Origin: Erysipelotrichaceae bacterium
GTDB lineage: Bacteria; Bacillota_I; Bacilli_A; Erysipelotrichales; Erysipelotrichaceae
Assembly (NCBI GenBank): GCA_022780745.1
Contig: JALEVB010000018.1
Coordinates: forward strand, 2,240 to 66,239
Length of the DNA stretch: 64,000 nt
Direction: 5' to 3'
The notes beneath the pieces were generated by a model, which saw only the letters and a list, made by a program, of their open reading frames with translations, had not been told where the DNA came from and ran no database searches. Every line of letters begins with the position of its first letter. Within the stretch, counting starts at the first letter, position 1. This document shows, piece after piece, positions 48,302 through 55,857 of the stretch. The position numbers and the translations under genes were made by a program.

Positions 48302-50289
48302 CAGCTATCACTTATTAGAATATGACATTTAATGACATATTTATCATCTTTAGTTTTGATCTCAATGATCGAATTACCCTTTTTTAAGCCAGTAATAACA
48401 TTTTTATCAACTTTAACATTATCATTATTACTTGTAAATATCAGATCATCAATGCTCATATTGGCAGGTAAGGCTTTAATTTTAATAGTAACGCTATCAC
48501 CTGCTTTCACTAATAAAGAATAATCTTCAATGATGATATTATCAACATTGATAATTTGATCTGTATTACTAATAGTATTATTATATCTGGTACATTTATC
48601 TACAAAATGAAAATTCTCCAAATGACTCTTACCCTTTAATAAAGAAGAATTATTTCTTGTTAATATATTAAGTTTTTTAGTTAGCCCCATTTTTGCTAAT
48701 AAAGTCTTACTGCTATTAATACCAACATCTAAAATATTATAGACATCTATATCTCCACATACATAAACATGATCATTTTGAGATGATAATTCATCTAGAA
48801 AATCTAATTCCATATCTGTATTGATCATAGTATGCTGATTATTATCATCATATAAATGAACAGTCGTATTGATCAATCCCTTGATACCACCATCAGCATA
48901 AATATCCATTAGTTCGATATTATTTAATTTTAAACCTAGAATACTCTTAGCAACTAGGGAAGTATTAGCCTTGATCACAAAATCGCTCTTGAAATCATTA
49001 TCATTAATAGTACGCATATTTCCATTACGATACTCCAATCCTATATCATGATCCCCACTCAAGGATAACTCTATTCTTCCCGATGCATAAACTACTAATT
49101 GTACTTTAATAGTAATAAACAGATTTGATGTATTAGGTATCGGTACATTGATCGTAGCTATGGTAAATATCGTATCAATAACATCCTGTTTTTCTTTAAA
49201 TAACCTTTTTGCAGAAAGTAAAAAATCATTTGCATCCATATCTTTAAAATCAGCATATAAAGTTTTTGATATGCCATTTTTTATTCCTGCTGAGACTAAA
49301 GTATTAAAGTCAAATTTTAAATATGCTGCTTCTAATTGATGATCATTGATCTTAATATCATAACTAGGTTTAACATTATATAACTTATAACTGATATAAG
49401 CTTCGTTACCATTAACATTTCTCGAGGCATTTACAACGATACTAGAAGTATTTAATGTTAACTTAATATCAAATTCCTTATATTTAAAACTCTTGCTTTT
49501 TACATAAGAATTTAATGTAATGGGATTATTGTATGCACTATAAAATACTAGATCATTATCATCATTACTTTCATCTTCTATATAAGCATCTTGAAAGCTG
49601 ATTTCATCAGAAAAACTAATATCAAGATCTTCAAATACATCATTAGTCTTTTCTATTTCATAGATGTTATTATCTTTATTAGTTATCTGATAATAATTAT
49701 TGTTTATGCTAATAATATCATTAACAGATAATTCTTCTTCAGTTTGCATCTTATTTTCATCAATTAACACTACATCTTGAATATCTTTGATATTCTCATC
49801 CATCTTTACTTCATATTTATTTTCAAATTCTTTATTATTTATTAATAATACGATTTCATCAAGAGTATTTAATGCTTTGTCTTTTGCTATCAATGCTTCT
49901 TTATCTAATTTATCTATATATCCTAATTTATAACAAGTATCAAAATCTTCTTCAATTTCTCTTATTCTAAAAATTGTTTTACAGAAATACTCATTATTTA
50001 ATGATTTGTCTAGCTGTAGTTTCTCATCTTTATCTATTATGCCCCACTCAACTAAAGTCTGGACAATATCAAAATAATATGATGAAGTATCTAATTCATT
50101 AAAATATGGTATTTTATTATCACTAGCAATAAGTGACATTTTATCAAAGATCGCATCATAAAACTGAGCATTACTTATGGTTGTAATACTCTTATTACAA
50201 CCATAAGTAGTTATTAATAACGAAATGATAGAAATCCTAAATATTAGTTTGCGAAGCATTAGTATTAATCGTTTGTTCCAATGAATCAT
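48301..50289 (-). CDS. putative lipoprotein with C-terminal Big_2 (bacterial Ig-like) domain; alternative start at 50259
   Basis: N-terminus MLRKLIFRISIISLLITTYGC is signal-peptide-like with an imperfect lipobox. The C-terminal about 80 aa, VKAGDSVTIKIKALPANMSIDDLIFTSNNDNVKVDKNVITGLKKGNSIIEIKT, fit the Big_2 pattern. The middle is beta-rich and unassigned. Confidence 0.7.
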   Translation of the reverse strand: MIHWNKRLILMLRKLIFRISIISLLITTYGCNKSITTISNAQFYDAIFDKMSLIASDNKIPYFNELDTSSYYFDIVQTLVEWGIIDKDEKLQLDKSLNNEYFCKTIFRIREIEEDFDTCYKLGYIDKLDKEALIAKDKALNTLDEIVLLINNKEFENKYEVKMDENIKDIQDVVLIDENKMQTEEELSVNDIISINNNYYQITNKDNNIYEIEKTNDVFEDLDISFSDEISFQDAYIEDESNDDNDLVFYSAYNNPITLNSYVKSKSFKYKEFDIKLTLNTSSIVVNASRNVNGNEAYISYKLYNVKPSYDIKINDHQLEAAYLKFDFNTLVSAGIKNGISKTLYADFKDMDANDFLLSAKRLFKEKQDVIDTIFTIATINVPIPNTSNLFITIKVQLVVYASGRIELSLSGDHDIGLEYRNGNMRTINDNDFKSDFVIKANTSLVAKSILGLKLNNIELMDIYADGGIKGLINTTVHLYDDNNQHTMINTDMELDFLDELSSQNDHVYVCGDIDVYNILDVGINSSKTLLAKMGLTKKLNILTRNNSSLLKGKSHLENFHFVDKCTRYNNTISNTDQIINVDNIIIEDYSLLVKAGDSVTIKIKALPANMSIDDLIFTSNNDNVKVDKNVITGLKKGNSIIEIKTKDDKYVIKCHILISDS

Positions 50290-50536
50290 AGCTATTTACC
50301 GTCATATCAAGGAATTTTACATAGTTATTGATAGTTTCCTTCTGAATCTCAAAACGATTGCTAAACTGATTAAAACGATCTCTAATAGTATTAGCACTAT
50401 CTGATACCCAAGATACATTTAATCCATTCATCTGATTTTTCATATCATTCAATAGATCATAGATTTTGATATTTAAGCTCTCGATCTGTTTTTGACAGTT
50501 AACTACTTCTTGTAAAGAAATTTTAATCCCGTTCAT
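50237..50536 (-). CDS. WXG100-like small helical protein, degenerate motif (EsxB-like partner)
   Basis: 99 aa with a predicted helix-turn-helix hairpin layout. W43-V-S replaces WXG. Y83-D-S-L-E87 lies near the C-terminus. GGAGG RBS 7 nt upstream. Confidence 0.6.
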   Translation of the reverse strand: MNGIKISLQEVVNCQKQIESLNIKIYDLLNDMKNQMNGLNVSWVSDSANTIRDRFNQFSNRFEIQKETINNYVKFLDMTVNSYDSLEQTINTNASQTNI

Positions 50537-50546
50537 CTTATACCTC

Positions 50547-50840
50547 CTATAAAGCAGTAACGCTCTGTGTTAATTCATCCTGCAGATTAGTATATGCTTT
50601 AGCACTAGCTCTTAGAAATTCGATATATTGCCATATTAGAATATACATCTGATTAAAATCATCTTCATAAGCACTAATTGCATTACTAAAAGCCATATTA
50701 TCCTTTCCCTGCCATGAACTCTTCAATAGATCAACCTCATCAAAAAGCTGATTATAGCTTTGTTTATAACTAATAACCATCTCTTCCATTTTATTGGCTA
50801 CCTGTTCAACATTAGCCATCTCAACACTAATAGATCTCAT
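50547..50840 (-). CDS. esxA: WXG100 family T7SS substrate (EsxA-like)
   Basis: 97 aa. W43-Q-G45 (SSWQGK; W codon at 50712-50714) sits at the centre of a helical hairpin-type sequence. AGGAGG RBS. Confidence 0.8.
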   Translation of the reverse strand: MRSISVEMANVEQVANKMEEMVISYKQSYNQLFDEVDLLKSSWQGKDNMAFSNAISAYEDDFNQMYILIWQYIEFLRASAKAYTNLQDELTQSVTAL

Positions 50841-50889
50841 ATATTTTCCTCCTTCGCTATATATTTATGCTACAAAAGTAAAATATCCT

Positions 50890-50917
50890 AAAAAAATCCT
50901 GGCATATCTGCCAGGAT
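50890..50917 (-). terminator. intrinsic terminator after rbfA (insulates the T7SS operon)
   Basis: 9-bp stem atcctggca / tgccaggat (50896-50904 with 50909-50917) and a 4-nt loop. On the minus strand it is followed by a T6-7 run. Confidence 0.8.
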
Positions 50918-50935
50918 CTATATCAGAGCACTTAA

Positions 50936-51295
50936 TTACTCTTCTTCTTTTTTCTCACTATTGATTTGTTGTAAAATAGCATCTAATTTACGAGCTTTTT
51001 CATATGATTCATCTAATTTAAAATTGATTTCAGGAACTCTTCTAGTCTTAAGTCTTTTACTTAATTCACTTCTAATATAACCTTTAGCCTTATTTAAAGT
51101 CTTAATTCCCTTCTCATTTCTTTCCTTTTTACCTAAAAAAGTAACATAAACAGTAGCATAACTATGGTCATTTGAAACATCTACATCAGTAATTGTTACA
51201 AAACCAACTGAAGGATCTTTAACAGAAAACTGAATAATATCAGTAACTTCTCTTAAGATGATCTGATTTAATCTTTCTTGTTTGATCGTAGCCAT
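50936..51295 (-). CDS. rbfA: ribosome-binding factor A
   Basis: RLNQIILREVTDII...VTITDVDVSNDHSYATVYV, 119 aa, after infB. Confidence 0.95.
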   Translation of the reverse strand: MATIKQERLNQIILREVTDIIQFSVKDPSVGFVTITDVDVSNDHSYATVYVTFLGKKERNEKGIKTLNKAKGYIRSELSKRLKTRRVPEINFKLDESYEKARKLDAILQQINSEKKEEE

Positions 51296-51298
51296 ATT

Positions 51299-53131
51299 TT
51301 ATACCGCTTCAACTAACTGATCCTGATATGCTTCAATAATATCTTTTTCTTTAATATCATTATAATTTTCAATTGTTATACCACATTCAAAGCCACTAGT
51401 AACTTCTTTAGCATCATTTTGGAATCTCTTCAATGAACCAAGTTTTCCATCATATACAACGATACCATCTCGTATTAATCTTACCTTACAATCTCTTACA
51501 ACTTTACCATCAGTTACCATACAACCAGCAATAGTTCCAACTTTACTTACCTTAAATGTTTGTCTAACTTCTAGCTGACCAATAATAACTTCTTCATAAA
51601 CAGGTGCTAACATACCCTTCATAGCCAATTCCATTTCTTCTACTGCTTTATAGATAATATTATGTAGACGAATAGAAACGCCTTCTTCTTCAGCTTTCTT
51701 ACGAACATTAGCATCTGGTCTAACATTAAAGCCAATAATAATAGCCTTTGAAGCACTAGCTAACATAACATCAGATTCACTAATAGCACCAGCTACACTT
51801 CTAATAACATTAACTTTAACACCTTCAACTTCGATCTTTTCCAAGCTAGACTTAACAGCTTCAGCACTACCTTGAACATCAGCCTTAACAATAACTGGAA
51901 TCTCTTGAATGCTACCAGCTTCGATCTGAGCAGCAAGATCATCAAGATTCATTGCACTAGTAGCTTTTCTTTCCTGATCGATCTTTGCTTGTTTACGCTT
52001 ATCTGCGATCGCCCTAGCTTCTTTTTCATTATCAAAGGCTTTAAAGATATCTCCAGCTTCTGGAACATCATTTAAACCAATAACTTCAACTGGCATACTA
52101 GGACCAGCCTGTTTGATCTCAGATCCCATATCATTAGTCATTTTTCTAACACGACCGAAACATGAACCAACAACAATAGGCTGACCTTGTTTCAAAGTAC
52201 CATTTTGAACTAATAAAGTACAAACAGGACCTCTACCTTTATCAAGTCTTGCTTCAATAACTGTACCTGTAGCTAAACGATTTGGATTAGCTTTTAATTC
52301 TCTAACTTCTGATACAACAAGAATGGTTTCAAGAATATCTTTGATACCCTGTCCTTTTTTAGCACTACATTGAACAAAGATCGTATCGCCACCCCATTCT
52401 TCAGGCATAACATTTAAATCAGCCATTTCAGACATTACACGATCAGGATTAGCTTCAGGCTTATCCATTTTATTAACTGCAACGATAATAGGTACATCAG
52501 CAGCTTTAGCATGGTCAATAGCTTCTTTAGTCTGAGGCATAACACCATCATCAGCTGCAACAACGATAATAGCTACATCGGTAACCTTAGCACCTCTAGC
52601 ACGCATAGCTGTAAATGCTTCATGTCCTGGAGTATCTAGAAAAGTAACTGCACGTCCATTGACTTTGACCTGGTATGCACCGATATGCTGAGTGATACCA
52701 CCAAACTCGCCTTCAACGACTTTAGTTTTTCTAATTGTATCCAATAATGTTGTTTTACCATGGTCAACATGTCCCATAATAGTAACAATAGGAGGTCTTT
52801 CTTTTAATGATGCAGGATCATCAATGAAATCATCTTCTAAACTGTTTTCATCTTTAGGTTCTTCCTTAGTTGCTTCAATATTAAATTCTAAGCAAACTAA
52901 TTCAACAGTTTCATCATCTAAGACACTGTTAATAGTCACCATTTTACCTAACATGAATAATATCTTAATAATTTCAGAAGAATTTCTATTACATAATTTC
53001 GCTAGTTCAGCAACACTTATACCATCAGTATATGTAATAGCTTTGACCTGTTGTTCATTTTTGTTATAAAAATTACCCTTACGATTATTATTGTTATTCT
53101 TTTTATTAACTGGTTTCTTATTTTTTGCCAT
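51299..53131 (-). CDS. infB: translation initiation factor IF-2 (short N-terminal region)
   Basis: G-domain [24 protein letters not shown]; 610 aa. Confidence 0.97.
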   Translation of the reverse strand: MAKNKKPVNKKNNNNNRKGNFYNKNEQQVKAITYTDGISVAELAKLCNRNSSEIIKILFMLGKMVTINSVLDDETVELVCLEFNIEATKEEPKDENSLEDDFIDDPASLKERPPIVTIMGHVDHGKTTLLDTIRKTKVVEGEFGGITQHIGAYQVKVNGRAVTFLDTPGHEAFTAMRARGAKVTDVAIIVVAADDGVMPQTKEAIDHAKAADVPIIVAVNKMDKPEANPDRVMSEMADLNVMPEEWGGDTIFVQCSAKKGQGIKDILETILVVSEVRELKANPNRLATGTVIEARLDKGRGPVCTLLVQNGTLKQGQPIVVGSCFGRVRKMTNDMGSEIKQAGPSMPVEVIGLNDVPEAGDIFKAFDNEKEARAIADKRKQAKIDQERKATSAMNLDDLAAQIEAGSIQEIPVIVKADVQGSAEAVKSSLEKIEVEGVKVNVIRSVAGAISESDVMLASASKAIIIGFNVRPDANVRKKAEEEGVSIRLHNIIYKAVEEMELAMKGMLAPVYEEVIIGQLEVRQTFKVSKVGTIAGCMVTDGKVVRDCKVRLIRDGIVVYDGKLGSLKRFQNDAKEVTSGFECGITIENYNDIKEKDIIEAYQDQLVEAV

Positions 53132-53432
53132 CCTCTATACCTCCTTTTTCTTTCAAACTTTTTGCAAAACCTTTATCATTAATACTTATCAGTTTGACGA
53201 TCTTTTTATTAAGCAATTTGCTAACAAAAGTACTATCATCAATTTCTAAATATTTCACATTATAAAACTCACATTTCTCTAAAACTCTCTTTAAAGATTT
53301 ATCACTAATATCATTAGTAAATAATACTAAACTTGACTGTTTATTTTTAATAGCTTCTAAAGCTTTTTCTCCAAACTGTATCTTATTAGCTTTATAAGCT
53401 AGAGATAATAACTGATAAAATGCTTTATCCAT
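53118..53432 (-). CDS. ylxQ: L7Ae-family RNA-binding protein YlxQ
   Basis: 104 aa, [21 protein letters not shown], in the conserved position between ylxR and infB. Confidence 0.8.
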   Translation of the reverse strand: MDKAFYQLLSLAYKANKIQFGEKALEAIKNKQSSLVLFTNDISDKSLKRVLEKCEFYNVKYLEIDDSTFVSKLLNKKIVKLISINDKGFAKSLKEKGGIEDGKK

Positions 53433-53682
53433 TAATTACCTTTAGGATCTCTTCATAAACTTCATCACTAATACTGATTTCTAAAGACTTTTCTAAAGAC
53501 TTCTTCTTTTTAGCTATAGCTAATGCTTCAGCATCCTTTTTAAGATAAGCACCTCTACCATTTAAACGACCAGTAAGATCAACTTTGATTTGATCATCTG
53601 GCGTTTTTACTATTCTTAAAAGTTCTTTCTTAGGAAGCTGTTCATTAGTAGCTACACATCTTCTTAAAGGAATCTTCTTCAT
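53425..53682 (-). CDS. ylxR: YlxR (DUF448) RNA-binding protein
   Basis: IPLRRCVATNEQLPKKELLRIV...GRGAYL is the DUF448 signature. Confidence 0.85.
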   Translation of the reverse strand: MKKIPLRRCVATNEQLPKKELLRIVKTPDDQIKVDLTGRLNGRGAYLKKDAEALAIAKKKKSLEKSLEISISDEVYEEILKVING

Positions 53683-55283
53683 TAATCCTCGTTATAGTAA
53701 TCTTCATATTCATCATAATCAACATCATACTGATCCATTTCAGCTTCTTCATTCAAACGAATTTCTTCTAATTCTTCTTCTGAATAAACTGGTCGATTAT
53801 CATATTCAATATCTAGATTACTAATAATATCTTTAGCACGAAGTTTACGATCACTATCATCTTTCTTCTTTTTACGTTTAGTATCATTTTTCTCAGTTTT
53901 CTTAGAAGTATCAGCTAATTTTTCAAACTTGCTTACATATTCATCAGCTTTCTTTTCTAATTTAACTTTTCTCTTTTTAACTACTTGAGTTTCTTTTTCT
54001 GCTTCAGCCTTTACTTCAGCTTTATCTTCAACTTCTTCTACTACTTTTTCTAAAGGTAAAGCAGTTTCTTCTACTACAGGCTCATTTACTTCTTCAACAG
54101 TTTCATTAGTATTTTCAACTACTTCTTCAACCTGATCTACAACAGGTTCTTCTTCAACTACTTCTTCGATCTTTTCTTCAGCTTTTACTACTTTTTTATT
54201 AGCAGCATCAATTAAAGCCTGTTGATACTTAGCATATTCTTCTTCAGTTAAGTCAGACTCTTTCTTGATATCGATCTTCTTTTGAATAAGTTTAACAGCT
54301 AATTTAGCATTTTTACCTTGTTTACCGATTGCTAAAGACTGTTGATCATCATTAACAACTACAAGCACACTCTTACCATCATCATTTAAAATAACGGCCT
54401 TAACAATAGCAGGTGATAAAGCATTAGAAACTAAATATTTTAGATCATCATTCCATTCAAAAATATCAATCTTTTCACCATGGATCTCTGAAATGATCTC
54501 CTGAACACGCGTTCCTCTAGGTCCAATACAAGCACCAATCGCATCAACATTTGGATCATGAGAAATAACTGCAATCTTACATCTTTCTCCAGGATCTCTG
54601 GCAATAGCTTTAATTTCAACGATACCGTTATAGATTTCAGGAACTTCTTTTTCAAATAAACGCTTAACTAATAAAGCGTCACTTCTGCTGACTGTAACTT
54701 GAGATTTCTTAGTTTCTTTATTAACATCAGTAATTACAACTCTGATCTTTTCACCTTCTCTAAGCACTTCATTTTTCATCTGTTGACTTAAAGGTAAGAT
54801 AGCAATAGTTTTACCTAAATTAACTAAAGTAAACTTCTTTTCTACAGTCTCAACGATACCTAGTACCATCTCATCTTTCTTATCGATATATTCATCATAT
54901 ACAGCACTCTTTTCAGCTTCTCTGATCTTTTGTTTTACGACACTTTTTGCTAAAGTAGCAGCTGCACGTGAAAAATTATCAATATTAACCTTTCTTTCAA
55001 CTATAGAACCAATTTCTGCATCTTTATCAAGCTGTTTAGCTTCTTCTAATGTCATCTCTAATTCATCATCTTCTACATCAGAAACAACGTTATATTGCTG
55101 ATAAACACTAATAACACCTTTATCATTAATATCAACTCTAACCATGATATCAGGTAATTCAACATGTTTACGATAAGCTTTTTCCATTGCTTCTTTCAAT
55201 GATTCTACAATTACTTCATGTGAAATTTTACGGTCATCTTCAATTAAAGCCATAGCTTCAACTAATTTCTTAAACTTGTCCAT
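53682..55283 (-). CDS. nusA: transcription termination/antitermination factor NusA with long charged C-terminal tail
   Basis: N-terminal domain, S1 and KH blocks (AVISHDPNVDAIGACIGPRGTRVQ, LAIGKQGKNAKLA), then about 190 aa of E/K/V-rich low complexity. Confidence 0.95.
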   Translation of the reverse strand: MDKFKKLVEAMALIEDDRKISHEVIVESLKEAMEKAYRKHVELPDIMVRVDINDKGVISVYQQYNVVSDVEDDELEMTLEEAKQLDKDAEIGSIVERKVNIDNFSRAAATLAKSVVKQKIREAEKSAVYDEYIDKKDEMVLGIVETVEKKFTLVNLGKTIAILPLSQQMKNEVLREGEKIRVVITDVNKETKKSQVTVSRSDALLVKRLFEKEVPEIYNGIVEIKAIARDPGERCKIAVISHDPNVDAIGACIGPRGTRVQEIISEIHGEKIDIFEWNDDLKYLVSNALSPAIVKAVILNDDGKSVLVVVNDDQQSLAIGKQGKNAKLAVKLIQKKIDIKKESDLTEEEYAKYQQALIDAANKKVVKAEEKIEEVVEEEPVVDQVEEVVENTNETVEEVNEPVVEETALPLEKVVEEVEDKAEVKAEAEKETQVVKKRKVKLEKKADEYVSKFEKLADTSKKTEKNDTKRKKKKDDSDRKLRAKDIISNLDIEYDNRPVYSEEELEEIRLNEEAEMDQYDVDYDEYEDYYNED

Positions 55284-55293
55284 CTTATTTCTC

Positions 55294-55761
55294 CTATATT
55301 TTTACTGCAAGTCGGGCATATGTAATTTCTTTGATTTCAACTTCGACCTTTTTAGTCAAAGCCTTATCGCGATAAGCAATCACCAGATTATTATCATTAG
55401 CTTCTAATAGATCACCTGTGATTTCTAACATTTTCTTAACAGGATGAGCTAAACGTATAAATATATGTTTTCCTGTTAACTTCTTAAATTCACTAAAATC
55501 TTTGATTTCTCTTTCAGCACCAGGGCTGCATACTTCCAAGAAATATTCGCTAGATATAACATCATGTTCATCTAATACTTTTGATAATTGTTCACTGACA
55601 ATAGCACAAGTATCAATATCCATTGAATAATCTTCATTCATAATGCTAACCTGTAAGATCCTCATCTTATTTTCATTAACAAATTTCAAATCATAAAGGA
55701 TAACATTATTAGCAGCTAATACATCCTGAAATAGATCTTTAATTAATGCTAAATTTTCCAT
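55294..55761 (-). CDS. rimP: ribosome maturation factor RimP (start at ATG 55761)
   Basis: YDLKFVNEN....LQV and LEVCSPGAEREIK blocks; precedes nusA. Confidence 0.9.
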   Translation of the reverse strand: MENLALIKDLFQDVLAANNVILYDLKFVNENKMRILQVSIMNEDYSMDIDTCAIVSEQLSKVLDEHDVISSEYFLEVCSPGAEREIKDFSEFKKLTGKHIFIRLAHPVKKMLEITGDLLEANDNNLVIAYRDKALTKKVEVEIKEITYARLAVKI

Positions 55762-55781
55762 ATTCCTCCTAAGCAATAATT

Positions 55782-55804
55782 AAGGAGTGCTTTTAGCACT
55801 CCTT
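55782..55804 (-). terminator. hairpin after polC (weak terminator)
   Basis: 10-bp stem aaggagtgct / agcactcctt with a 3-nt loop. Only a weak T-rich tract (AATTATT) follows on the minus strand. Confidence 0.4.
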
Positions 55805-55857
55805 TTAACTACGTCATAAATATATGATATTTTCTGACAAAAATCAAGCTTTTTTAA

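Noticed and set aside
44603-48303. Possibility of a Mollicutes-type genetic code (UGA = Trp), given the extreme AT richness
   Set aside because: TGA ends the lipoprotein gene, overlapping the essC start. TGA also ends essC. Trp in conserved motifs such as WXG is encoded by TGG. The long ORFs are intact under the standard code.
44603-50840. Claiming horizontal transfer of the T7SS locus from base composition
   Set aside because: Spot counts show essC is more AT-rich than infB or smc, but comEC, a native membrane protein gene, is equally AT-rich. Composition by eye is not decisive and needs a proper computation.
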